Positions 52,851 through 63,050 of a stretch of DNA of 64,000 nt are shown in pieces (position 1 is the stretch's first letter; each line of letters begins with the position of its first letter). The stretch covers positions 2,666,001-2,730,000 of the forward strand of contig JAQOWU010000008.1 in assembly GCA_030867685.1 (NCBI GenBank). The letters run 5' to 3'. The stretch comes from Wickerhamiella versatilis. Lineage: Eukaryota. The position numbers and the translations under genes were made by a program. A model generated the notes under the pieces. The model made no database searches, was not told the origin of the DNA, and worked only from the letters and a program-made list of their open reading frames with translations.

Positions 52851-54311
52851 TCACTGGAGAGTTGTTTGTGAGGTTGCAGGGCGTCCATGCGGTAAGGTGG
52901 ATGGAGTGGGAATGGTACTATCCGACATACTATCACCGCCATCGGAATCGGTTGTTGCTGCTCTACCAACGCTCTGCGGACGTTGTATAGTGCTACTAAC
53001 ATCAATTCCGGATTGTGTTTCCACCGTCGCCAAGCGAGACGCTATCGTTGAAGAGGTTGCATGTGAGCTTCCTGCAGGTGCGCACCAGTAACGGTGCAGC
53101 GACCACGCGGAAAGCTGGCAATCCTTCGAACAATAGCGGGTGCGTTTGCAACGGCGGCATTTTGCGAATTCACGCGGACAAGACTCCCACTTACCACAAG
53201 CAAAGTTCGCGCATTGACGTATTCCGCCACGAGATTCATCCTTACGACAGGAATTGCGCATAATCACTCCTGCCCAGTGATGAAAATCTCGAGGCAACCG
53301 GTGAGCGGTGAAACGCTCAACCAAAGCAAACAAATTAAATGTCTTTGTACGACTCTCCTCATCGACGTCCCACGTATTTTCAAAGTCGTACTGCGCATAG
53401 GCCTCTTCCAAGTCTGAAAACTCCGAATAACACTTAGGCTCGTCATCACATACCATTAGGTCCTCTACCACCGTCTCTCTCGGTCGTACGCTAAGTTTTG
53501 GAACGAGGTGTGTGTGCTGTATATTCTGCTTGAGATGCACGTATTTTGTTACAAACGCCAATATCTCTAATGACCAGCTGATATCCTGCTCATTCGGAGC
53601 CAAGACACCTTGAACAAACTGCGGCTGTTCTACAGATTGGTCCATTATATCAGATACCATCGCGTCATTATCAGAGATAAACTCATCATTCATCTCTGGA
53701 TTTGGATTCAGTCGCATCAGTGCACTGCCCATTCCAAGAGACGACGGTATTTCCTGGAATGACACTTGCTGGCCAGTGGCCCGACTAAACTGGGACAAAA
53801 ACAGCTCAGCGCGGGTCATGCTGGATCCCTGGGCCAACTGACCCAGTTGTGGTTGCGACTGCAATGTGGCGTCCCGCGAAAAATGCTTTTGTGGCTCCGC
53901 AGGTGGCAACGCATTTCTTCCATACAAATCAAGATAATTATCGAGCACAGTGGCAATAACCGGAATAGCACCTGCCTCAACAATGCGCCTCCTTACATGC
54001 TCACTTCCCCGTGCTCCCAAATTCAGCAGACATTGGAGGCATAGGTGCCATTTGCAAAAAGTAAAAGAAGGGCTGGACGATGACGCACTTGAGCACTCTT
54101 TCATAACGGTTACCAGTCTCTCAAGTCCGCCATCAAAGCAGAGCGTCTCCCGCACCCGTCCTGAGCTGGACGTTAGGAAGATCAATTGCTGGAGCGAGTT
54201 GATCAATGGCTTGTCACTCGTGCAGTCGAGCGCACGACGGTCATACAGCGTTTGTGTAATAGCCAACGCCGCACGGTTCGTGCTGGTAGACAAGAAATTC
54301 AGCTCGCGCAT
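52851..54311 (-). CDS. MUB1: MYND zinc-finger protein Mub1/SamB
   Basis: MRELNF...NRA...IT..LYDRRALDCT, WAGVIMRNSCRKDESRGGIRQCA and MYND finger CRRCKR..YCS..CQ..AW..H..WC. Confidence 0.93.
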   Translation of the reverse strand: MRELNFLSTSTNRAALAITQTLYDRRALDCTSDKPLINSLQQLIFLTSSSGRVRETLCFDGGLERLVTVMKECSSASSSSPSFTFCKWHLCLQCLLNLGARGSEHVRRRIVEAGAIPVIATVLDNYLDLYGRNALPPAEPQKHFSRDATLQSQPQLGQLAQGSSMTRAELFLSQFSRATGQQVSFQEIPSSLGMGSALMRLNPNPEMNDEFISDNDAMVSDIMDQSVEQPQFVQGVLAPNEQDISWSLEILAFVTKYVHLKQNIQHTHLVPKLSVRPRETVVEDLMVCDDEPKCYSEFSDLEEAYAQYDFENTWDVDEESRTKTFNLFALVERFTAHRLPRDFHHWAGVIMRNSCRKDESRGGIRQCANFACGKWESCPREFAKCRRCKRTRYCSKDCQLSAWSLHRYWCAPAGSSHATSSTIASRLATVETQSGIDVSSTIQRPQSVGRAATTDSDGGDSMSDSTIPTPSTLPHGRPATSQTTLQ

Positions 54312-54531
54312 CCAGCGCCCCGTGTTTTTCTGCGCCTTTCAAAAGATCACGCTTAGCTGGGAGTTGCCACCTGGGATCGAGTTTTGGGTTGGCTGGGATG
54401 AGGGTTAGGGTCAGAGACGAACGTCACTACAAGGGTTAAGGGAGGACCTATGATACTACTGCCAATTTAGAACGGTAATGTGGGGAGGAAGGAGGGATAT
54501 ATATATTACCTTATATTAAAACTACACAGAA

Positions 54532-56493
54532 CTAACCATATAGAAGGAATTCGCGATCCTGGTCGTTTAATTTTTCAGGGGCCTTTGCATTATCATCCAC
54601 AAGTTTTTTCGCAAGTTCCCGCTTGCGTTCTTGAATAACAAAAATACGTTCTTCCAGGGTATTATGGGCCATTAATTCCACGCATTGAACCTCATGGGTC
54701 TGACCTAGACGGTGGACTCGTTTCACGGCTTGATCCACTATCTGTGGATTCCACCAAGGCTCAGTCATAACCACCTGCGAGGCCGCAGTAAGGTTAAGAC
54801 CAACCGCAGCGCAATGTAGAGAGCACAAAAGTACGCGGATTTTACCTTTAGGGTCACCGAAGTCAGCGAGAATGGCTGCACGGCGGTCTGCTCTGAGTTT
54901 ACCCTCGTAGATTGCACATGGGAAGCCCTCTTTCTCCAGAGCTGGTTGCAATAGATGAAGCATTGTTGTAAAGCTAGAGAAGACAACTGTTTTTCCATCT
55001 TTACGCAGGAGTCTAATCAGGGCACCAACCTTACTATTTTGATCGTCCACCTTCTCAGCAAGTCCGAGCCCGGCAAGTAACGCCACAAGGTCATCGTCAC
55101 TGTCCTCTGCTGGGATTGAGGGCCCATCATCAGTTCTCTCGGGCAGTGCTTGGGGTTTTTTGTCTTGGCTCTCGTGGTCAGGCATTTCCAACAGCCCATC
55201 GCATGCTATCCGCATCCGAGTAAGGCAGGCAAAAAATTGACTCCGCTCAACGGTTGCTTTCTTTCGGTCTGGTTGTACCAATCTATATGCTTCCGATTCT
55301 TTAGCTGTTAGTTCGACAGTTTTCCGCTCGCGTGTCAGCTTGGGTAAGAGTTCGCCTAGGATTCTCTGACTTCGTCGGATCATCAAGGTCGATAAAACTG
55401 TACGTACTGCATCAAGCTTCAGAGCTAGGCTCTCAAATTTAGTTTCACTTATGCCGTAGGGATCAACCTGAATAAATCGAAACAGCCCATAGAGGTCTTT
55501 CACGGAATTGTGCACAGGGGTGCCGGTGAGACACCATCTTCGCCCATCTGATTGAAGGTTTGACATAGCTTTAGACACTTGTGATTTACTATTACGCAAA
55601 ATGTGTGCCTCATCAGCAATAATGCGATACCATTCGCCTTTAAACAAAGGACCATCTCTGTTTGACTCTGTAACCACTGTGTCATATGTAGTTACAACCA
55701 CGTCTGTGTCATTTTGAAGCTCCTTGATAGACCCAGTACGCTTTGTGCCTTGGTGTGTCTTGACCTTTAGCGTTGGGGCCATTCGAAGTATTTCATTTTT
55801 CCACTGATCAAGCACCGCAAGTGGCCCAACAACCAACGTCGTTTTCACTTTTGCATCGTCTGGGGCTGGCCGATAAAGAATTAACGCAATGGATTGCAAC
55901 GTTTTACCCAGACCCATATCGTCACATAGAAGTCCACCCCGAGCATACTTTCGTCCATTTTCACGACGGGCCATGAAGCGAATACCCTTCCATTGGTGGG
56001 GCAATATATTCGGACGGAGTCCTTCAATCTTTTCGATTTCCGGCAAATCGTCGTCAGCTTCCTCAGGCTCATTTTCAAAAGTAAGCACTCGCCGTGCATC
56101 CAAAACCTTTGGTTTTTCTGGAGAAGTGCGAGCTGGGGGATCTATAATTCGCGATGAGACTGGTGGCTGTCTTTGGTTTAAAGGACGACCCCAGTGAGGG
56201 GACTGGGGATCTAGAGGCTCAATTGCCGCTGGACTTGGCACATGTAGATTCTCATTGGTACGCACATTAGAATTGGGCTTTTTTGCGTCATCAAAACCCT
56301 GTCTTGGACGATTAGGCTTCACTATCGGAGCTATTTTTGCTTGGTCATGATGTGGATGTTTCGACTCTAAATTACCATCTTCTTTCATATGCGCACCAGA
56401 GGGAGGACGCAAGGGTATGGTTCGCGAACCTGGCTTCCTTGGAGGAGCTCGTAAAGCACTGCCAGCAGTGTTTGTTCGCTTCTTCTCAGACAT
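54532..56493 (-). CDS. SNF2-family ATPase of the Rad5/Rad16/Uls1-like group, lacking the RING finger
   Basis: GGLLCDDMGLGKT, DEAH, LTGTP, VGLNLT.A and EPWWNP...QAVKRVHRLGQ. Confidence 0.88.
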   Translation of the reverse strand: MSEKKRTNTAGSALRAPPRKPGSRTIPLRPPSGAHMKEDGNLESKHPHHDQAKIAPIVKPNRPRQGFDDAKKPNSNVRTNENLHVPSPAAIEPLDPQSPHWGRPLNQRQPPVSSRIIDPPARTSPEKPKVLDARRVLTFENEPEEADDDLPEIEKIEGLRPNILPHQWKGIRFMARRENGRKYARGGLLCDDMGLGKTLQSIALILYRPAPDDAKVKTTLVVGPLAVLDQWKNEILRMAPTLKVKTHQGTKRTGSIKELQNDTDVVVTTYDTVVTESNRDGPLFKGEWYRIIADEAHILRNSKSQVSKAMSNLQSDGRRWCLTGTPVHNSVKDLYGLFRFIQVDPYGISETKFESLALKLDAVRTVLSTLMIRRSQRILGELLPKLTRERKTVELTAKESEAYRLVQPDRKKATVERSQFFACLTRMRIACDGLLEMPDHESQDKKPQALPERTDDGPSIPAEDSDDDLVALLAGLGLAEKVDDQNSKVGALIRLLRKDGKTVVFSSFTTMLHLLQPALEKEGFPCAIYEGKLRADRRAAILADFGDPKGKIRVLLCSLHCAAVGLNLTAASQVVMTEPWWNPQIVDQAVKRVHRLGQTHEVQCVELMAHNTLEERIFVIQERKRELAKKLVDDNAKAPEKLNDQDREFLLYG

Positions 56494-56895
56494 TTGTTTA
56501 CTAGGATGCGCTTACGTGACGAGTGTGCAGGCCACACCCACCATTTTTCTTTTTCTTGATATACCTTTTATCTATTTTTGAAGGTTTTGTATTATTATTT
56601 ATCTTTTAGCAAGAGTTCTGAGTGCTTTAATGTCTCTGGGAGATACTCATATTTTAGTATGTGATCAGTGAATTTCAAAAATCCTTAACTGAGCAGTCTA
56701 TATCTGCGAATCAACAAATTTAAGCATTTAATTAATTGAGACATTTTTTTTCACTGCAGGTCATTATCTCAGTTATATCTATCCATATCCTTAATTAAAC
56801 TTTATATCACTCCTTCACTTGTCCACAACCTTGGGTGTTGCAACCTTCGGTCTTTCAGCTCGTACTTCGACAAATTATTCACAAGTCAGGTATCT

Positions 56896-58653
56896 ATGTA
56901 TAGACATCGATACGTCCGCCTTGTGATATATGGTCTTATAGCTACAGTTTCAATGCTCATTGGTGCAACCTGTGCGTTGGAATATCTCGGAGGGGGTGGC
57001 AGCATTGGCTTGAAGAAACTGAGGTCACACTCAGACTTTCATACCTTCTTGGAACGATTCAGACATCATACTCATTCTAATACAGCGCGTTATTCAAAAT
57101 TTGGTGAAGCCCTTGAAGACTGGGAACGAGACACCTCTTCAGAATATGTGATGCAGCTGGCGGACGAAATGTCGCAGGCTGAACTACCCACTGTACGTCA
57201 TTATGATTTTGAGGTATCAAAAGTCAGCTCCTGGATAAATGGAATACATAGGAAACTCTCTGTTATCAATGGTCAGTACCCTGGGCCCTTGATAGAAGCC
57301 GTAGAGGGCGATACCATTGTCATTCATATTGTAAATCGGGATTATGACTCTAAAACAGTTCTGCATTTCCATGGATTGGATATGAATGGCTCAGAGCATC
57401 TTGATGGAGTTGCCGGCTTGACGCAGTGCGGCATAAAACCGGGTGAGACTTTTACCTACGAGTTTGTAGTCAAGCGGACTGGGACACATTGGTATCATTC
57501 ACACTACGATATGCAACGGGTACAAGGGCTGTTGGGGCCAATTGTGGTACATCCCCGACAAAGAGATTATTGGGAAGACCACATGGGTGAAACAGCTGTT
57601 CTTCTCACTGATCTTTACGATAGAGATCCAAAGGAGCTTATGCTAAGTTTCCAAGAACCCTGGATAGGTGGTGATGAGCCAATTCCCAGCATAGCACTGA
57701 TGCAGGGCAAACAGTTACCAATTATACCGTTGGAATCCCCTACCTCAAGACACAAACTTAGATTAATCAATGCTTGTACATTCACCACTATCAAAATTTC
57801 ACTTGATCAGCATGATATGACAATAGTTTCCGCAGATGGGACTCCAATACAACCAGCTCGTCATTCTGCGCTGGTAATTTATCCTGGTCAGCGCTACGAT
57901 ATTGTCATACGTAAGAGAAACCATGAATTGACCAGCAGCTGGCTGAGAGCTGAGGTGTGTACAGATACATGGACGGATATTCCTGGAGAGTACAAACAAT
58001 CAAAGAAAATATCTGGAATAAGCGACGTGAAAGGCGTCTTACTTTACCATAGTACAGTGGCGACAAATGAACCACAAGAGATTTTTCCAAATTCTCGACC
58101 AAAACAAGATTCGAATGGAGATGTTGAGAAGTGGCTGGTCCCTCTAAGACCAACCATCCCACCACATCCAGATGTAGAATTAAAGCTTATGGCCCGTATG
58201 GGCCGTGATGAAAATGGTGAAGTGATTGCAGCAATTAATGACACAAGTTTTCTTCTTCATGATTATTATCAGTCCCCAAGGCTTAATGCTATCGCTGAGA
58301 GCTGGCCTCGACTTCTAACCACAGAGGATATTACTGTGGTAGATATTGTTCTTCAAAATGACGACGACGGACCCCACCCATTTCACTTACATGGTGGTAA
58401 GTTTTGGATTATAAGTCGCGGAGAGAACCAAAAGGAAAAGATTTATTGGACCTCTATGCTTCCACTGGAACGAGACACTGTGTGGGTTCCTAAAGGAGAG
58501 TGGGTCAACCTAAGGTTCATTGCCGACAATCCAGGCCTTTGGTTATTTCATTGCCACATTCCATGGCACTCTGTCATTGGAATGCAAGGCGTTTTTGCTG
58601 TGATGCCATCAAGAATACCCTCCCCTTCCCAAGAATGGCTAGATTTATGCTAG
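56896..58653 (+). CDS. Laccase-like multicopper oxidase (AA1) with an N-terminal signal anchor
   Basis: All four Cu-binding motifs present: HFHG, WYHSH, HPFHLHG and HCHIPWH...GM. Confidence 0.92.
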   Translation: MYRHRYVRLVIYGLIATVSMLIGATCALEYLGGGGSIGLKKLRSHSDFHTFLERFRHHTHSNTARYSKFGEALEDWERDTSSEYVMQLADEMSQAELPTVRHYDFEVSKVSSWINGIHRKLSVINGQYPGPLIEAVEGDTIVIHIVNRDYDSKTVLHFHGLDMNGSEHLDGVAGLTQCGIKPGETFTYEFVVKRTGTHWYHSHYDMQRVQGLLGPIVVHPRQRDYWEDHMGETAVLLTDLYDRDPKELMLSFQEPWIGGDEPIPSIALMQGKQLPIIPLESPTSRHKLRLINACTFTTIKISLDQHDMTIVSADGTPIQPARHSALVIYPGQRYDIVIRKRNHELTSSWLRAEVCTDTWTDIPGEYKQSKKISGISDVKGVLLYHSTVATNEPQEIFPNSRPKQDSNGDVEKWLVPLRPTIPPHPDVELKLMARMGRDENGEVIAAINDTSFLLHDYYQSPRLNAIAESWPRLLTTEDITVVDIVLQNDDDGPHPFHLHGGKFWIISRGENQKEKIYWTSMLPLERDTVWVPKGEWVNLRFIADNPGLWLFHCHIPWHSVIGMQGVFAVMPSRIPSPSQEWLDLC

Positions 58654-58664
58654 GATGCTGTAAA

Positions 58665-61181
58665 TTAAATGTATTTATACAAGTCTGCATCTAATGCGCC
58701 AAAAAGATACCTTAACGCTTCGTTGATTTCTGTCAGCTCCTCACTAAGAGTTAATGCAACCATCAGATAGGAATAGAGAAGAACAAAGTCTTCAGGAACC
58801 GTGGTGGAACGGCTTTCCTGTAATTTTCTAACAAAACGAGCTACCGAATCGCGAGGTTGCGGAAGATAATCCGGCACAGGAAATCCTAGCCTCACTGAAG
58901 CAGCCGCGGTGTAAAAATAGAGGAAGAGCATACTGCCGATTTCCTTGCGTTCAAGAGATGTATCGCTAATGAGGGACTGCTCACCCAAAGTGTTGGGCTC
59001 ATCAAACGTCAAGATTGAAATTGAGTGGAAGGCATCCAATATTTTTTGAGTATTCTTAACGAGGCCGGCATAAGGTTCGGACTCAAATTTGCCACGCAAG
59101 CGAAATTCCGCCGGACTCTGAGCCAGCAAAGTCCTTAAATCCATCATCATATTTTGCAATTCAGATTCACCACACATACCACGCATCTGAATGGGATCAC
59201 TTTTCCAAACCATTCCGAGCCGCATCCACTGCACACTTAAATTGTCACGGAGAAGTCTTCGGGCACTGTGGGGCCAAATAGTCAACGTTACGAAAACAGC
59301 CCACGTTATACCAGCTAGCACAGAGAGAAAACGGTGGAATGCCACATCATACACAGGGTTTCCTCTATCTGGATCATCATCGTCGTAGTCATTGTGGGAT
59401 ACTGAATAGCTGTAAAGACATACCAAGTTGTAAGTCAGAAGAACAAAACGTCCAGCTGGTGGCTTAGAGCTTGCGAGGATCGAAGGGAAGCATGAAAGAG
59501 CAATCAAGAATCCTACAAATACCAGACTTTTTTCGTCATTGCCAAATATCATATATACCAGAATACCCAAAACGGCACCAGTTGCTGTTCCGAAGACTCT
59601 ATAAGGGATATTTTTACGCATAGCACCCAGATTACGGGCAATGATGATCATGTATGTAATGACAGCCCATTCACCGTGCCATAGCTTGAATATCGGACGG
59701 GTCTGTTCCAGAAACGCTGGCCACGAGATTATTATAGTACCAACACCACACCGTATACCATGCTGGACATCTCTCCGTTGTAAAAATTTAATGAAAGACC
59801 AAACTGTTAGTCCCACACCGCCTATCCCTTTAGCCTGCCGTGTTGGGTACAATGCCTCTGTTATGGCGAGAAATGGCGATGCATCTGCTAACACTGTGGA
59901 TCGTGAACCCCAGGACCTCCAATTCTTGAATATCCAAGACCAATTTCGGCTTTGCGAATCAGGCAATGGTTCAAGGGATTCTCTACATAGAACCTCCTCG
60001 CCAAGGTACTTCAGAAGATGGGCAAACATTCCAGATGTGGCCAGAAGAGACTCTGCGGTAGTACTCTCGAGCTTTACATCAGAATAAACATGTCTCATTT
60101 TCTGGGTGAGGATTTGGGAGTAGCTTTCGAGAGATGAATCCAGGTTATGAACCGTTTTAATGGCTTCGACCAGATTCTTCATTGGCCAACTCATCCACTT
60201 TAAGAATTTTTGGATCCCAATCTCGTCTTCATCCACCTCGCCCAGGCCGGCATCCCCTGCCATAGAGAAGCGACGTCTAGCACCGCCTTTATATGCGAGA
60301 AGTTGCGATTTCACCTCTATACAATGATTTATGCCACCCAGATGTAGCGCTTGTCTTTCCATGCATTGAACTTTGAACTCTAAGCGTTCATAAACTTGAA
60401 GCTTTCCTGCTAAGGCGAGCTCTAGATACGCATAACGAAGCCGATTCTTGGCTGCTGTCAGCTTTGTTCGCGCCTCGGTTTTCAATTCTGCTAGGTCACC
60501 TCGAAGACTTCCGTAAGTGAATTCTTCAAACAACGCCTCGAAAAGTTCGCATTGCAAGTCGAGAATATCGGCAATTTCTTTAACCAAAGTATCGGTGTCA
60601 TAATTGCGATTGCCGACAACGCATACTATGGCAGCGATTGAAGAGCCAATACAGGACATTAGGAAAAAAGAGAATATCTGGCTAAATGACAGAGCTCCTG
60701 ACTGTCCGTCGTCTTCCCGTAGAATTACGGTTACTAGAAATATTATCGCAACCGAGCATGCAGTATTGAAGCTTGGGTGCCCGACCCTAATTTTGATGAA
60801 CCCTACAAAGCCAAGACCACAGCCACAAAATAAAACAAGCATTACACAGTAGTTCACCTCAGGTAGACCGCAAGCAAATAAAGCCTGGGCAACTATTTGG
60901 GAAAACAAAGCTAGGGCAAGTGAATAGGCTAGCATAATAGAAACGTATATTACGGCCTGTATCATTTGTCCCACAGACCTACCAGGATGAAAGTAAACGC
61001 TTGATGTTGCAACTACATGTTTGGATCCTGTTCCTGCCAGGAAACTAGATAAGGGTGTGAATACGAAAAGAGAGGCCAAACTATAGGTAAGAGCACACCA
61101 AAATATTGTACTTGAAGGAAGAAACCGTCTCCAACTTCTTGCTTCTCCTTGCAAAAGCGGTGTTAGCTCTACCGACGACAT
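58665..61181 (-). CDS. FUSC/aromatic acid exporter (ArAE)-like multi-pass membrane protein
   Basis: N-terminal TM block (YFHPGRSVGQM), C-terminal FUSC-like block (GEWA...Y; R..GT..GA; GRFVLLTYN; HRF.SV..G; WP..AR) and EFRLRG.F. Confidence 0.8.
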   Translation of the reverse strand: MSSVELTPLLQGEARSWRRFLPSSTIFWCALTYSLASLFVFTPLSSFLAGTGSKHVVATSSVYFHPGRSVGQMIQAVIYVSIMLAYSLALALFSQIVAQALFACGLPEVNYCVMLVLFCGCGLGFVGFIKIRVGHPSFNTACSVAIIFLVTVILREDDGQSGALSFSQIFSFFLMSCIGSSIAAIVCVVGNRNYDTDTLVKEIADILDLQCELFEALFEEFTYGSLRGDLAELKTEARTKLTAAKNRLRYAYLELALAGKLQVYERLEFKVQCMERQALHLGGINHCIEVKSQLLAYKGGARRRFSMAGDAGLGEVDEDEIGIQKFLKWMSWPMKNLVEAIKTVHNLDSSLESYSQILTQKMRHVYSDVKLESTTAESLLATSGMFAHLLKYLGEEVLCRESLEPLPDSQSRNWSWIFKNWRSWGSRSTVLADASPFLAITEALYPTRQAKGIGGVGLTVWSFIKFLQRRDVQHGIRCGVGTIIISWPAFLEQTRPIFKLWHGEWAVITYMIIIARNLGAMRKNIPYRVFGTATGAVLGILVYMIFGNDEKSLVFVGFLIALSCFPSILASSKPPAGRFVLLTYNLVCLYSYSVSHNDYDDDDPDRGNPVYDVAFHRFLSVLAGITWAVFVTLTIWPHSARRLLRDNLSVQWMRLGMVWKSDPIQMRGMCGESELQNMMMDLRTLLAQSPAEFRLRGKFESEPYAGLVKNTQKILDAFHSISILTFDEPNTLGEQSLISDTSLERKEIGSMLFLYFYTAAASVRLGFPVPDYLPQPRDSVARFVRKLQESRSTTVPEDFVLLYSYLMVALTLSEELTEINEALRYLFGALDADLYKYI

Positions 61182-61327
61182 AGCATATCGCTAAGAATAA
61201 AGCCCTTGTCGCACAATACTAACCTAACCTCAGCCTCACAAGGACTCCCCAACCTTTTAGTCATACTTTTGATTAATCCTATCTGTTCGAAAGCCCTCTT
61301 TGAGCAACGCAATTGCGCTGAGAGAGG

Positions 61328-62644
61328 ATGGCGCTCGAACAGGAGGATGGCGTGCTCGGTATGATGATAGATAGTGGCACTGCAACCGACGCGTCAGTCG
61401 CCTCTGCAACGTCCAGTCCAATCGTACCCGAGACGACGCCGCCACCTGAGGATATTAGTGAAACTCGTGCCGAAACACCAATTGGTCGACTTAGTCTCCG
61501 TGTTGACAGTCCACAGCGGGTGACTGAGGGGAACTCAGCATTTGTGTCGTACCTGATAACATCGCAAGGCGAGGGCCAACCTGCTGAACGGGTACGTCGG
61601 AGGTTCAGTGAGTTTGCTAAGCTCTATGACCAGCTGGTTTCTGACTACCCGGCATGTGCTGTTCCTCCTTTACCGGATCGTTCACGACTTGAATATATTG
61701 CAGGTGATCGGTTCAGCCCTGAATTCACCTCGAGGCGGGCCGCGTCTCTCGAACGGTTCCTATTTCGGGTCACCCAGCATCCAGAGCTGGGGAAATCGCG
61801 GGCCCTTGCTGCATTTTTGGCGCCTCGTGATCTGAACGCTCGGGCCAGACGCCAGGGACTGGCCGGTCACATTCCAAGTGACGGTAGTGGTGTACTCGAT
61901 AGTATCAGCGACACGCTTGTGAATGCATTTGCCAAAGTAAAAAATCAGTCAAAAGAAATGGCAGATGCCCGAGATCGGGCTAGCCGGTTTGAACATAGCG
62001 TTGCCTCTGTGGACAAAGCTGTTGTGCATCTTGGACGGAATCAGCAAGAGCTTGTCCAGGATTTCGAGGACATGCATCGCCAGGCAATGCGGCTGGGAAA
62101 GCTAGAGCCCGCGGTGTCGTCGGAGTTTGGCCACTTAGCAACAACGGCAAAAGCCCTGGCGAGCGCAACGGCTGCACTCCGGGTAGGTATCGATACCGGG
62201 TTTGCAGGTGCTTTACGCGACATGGCGCACTACGTCCAGGCAGTAAAGGGGATGCTGAAGCAAAGGGAACAAAGACAAATTGATTACGAGGCTCTTGTTG
62301 AATATCTTGAGCGCTCTGAGGCTGAATTGGCTGCTGCCAAGCAGGGCTCAGCGGGAGGCTATCTTCGCACGAAAGTTAATGATTTGCGAGGTGTTGACAA
62401 GGAACAGGCGCGAAAGCAGCGTGTAACCAAGCTCGGATCGCGCATACAGGAACTTCGGGACGAAGTTTCCTTAGCTAGAAAGGTCAGCGACGACTTTGAG
62501 GCCCTGGCAAAGCGCGAAGTCAAGGTATTCGAAAGAATTGAATCCATGGAGCTCCAAACCTGTTTGACTGGGCTTGCCGACAGTTATATTGAGTATTTCC
62601 AACGCGTCCTGAAGGAGTGTCAGGAAATTGAATCACAGCTCTGA
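61328..62644 (+). CDS. SNX4: Sorting nexin 4 (PX-BAR)
   Basis: VSYLI, VRRRFSEF..L, YPACAVPPLPDR.RLEYI.GDRFS.EFT..RA.SL and a BAR domain with QIDYEAL..YL. Confidence 0.92.
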   Translation: MALEQEDGVLGMMIDSGTATDASVASATSSPIVPETTPPPEDISETRAETPIGRLSLRVDSPQRVTEGNSAFVSYLITSQGEGQPAERVRRRFSEFAKLYDQLVSDYPACAVPPLPDRSRLEYIAGDRFSPEFTSRRAASLERFLFRVTQHPELGKSRALAAFLAPRDLNARARRQGLAGHIPSDGSGVLDSISDTLVNAFAKVKNQSKEMADARDRASRFEHSVASVDKAVVHLGRNQQELVQDFEDMHRQAMRLGKLEPAVSSEFGHLATTAKALASATAALRVGIDTGFAGALRDMAHYVQAVKGMLKQREQRQIDYEALVEYLERSEAELAAAKQGSAGGYLRTKVNDLRGVDKEQARKQRVTKLGSRIQELRDEVSLARKVSDDFEALAKREVKVFERIESMELQTCLTGLADSYIEYFQRVLKECQEIESQL

Positions 62645-62823
62645 TTTTCATTTTTCCCTATTATAATTATTTATTTTTTTTTAACTATATTCTTATGCCA
62701 TCAATAGTATGATGAATGATGAACATACCGGAACGTAGTGCGTTCTCCAGATTGGGGGTGGATGCAGAAGTGACACGCACGAAAGTGGTTCGGTCACATA
62801 AGCAATTATCATAGAACACCGTG

Positions 62824-63010
62824 GAACCTTCTGGAGATAGATACATAGCTAAAATTCAAAAGGCTACAGAGAAAGAAATGAGTTCTAGTCCACTTTTCGA
62901 TACCAAAAATCACCAACCCCCTTGCTGAAGTCTCCATCAGTTACCTTTGAGTGATCATCCCGTTAATTCGGGTAAGGGTTATTGCTACGTGGCACTTTCC
63001 GGGTATATAA
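62824..63010 (+). promoter_or_regulatory. KAR2 promoter: HSE-like, UPRE-like and TATA elements
   Basis: GAAccTTCtgGAG at 62824-62836, TACGTGGCA at 62986-62994 (Hac1/XBP1-type site) and TATATAA at 63004-63010. Confidence 0.55.
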
Positions 63011-63050
63011 AGACGCGCGCTGCTTACACAGTAATAGAATTTCGCGACGT

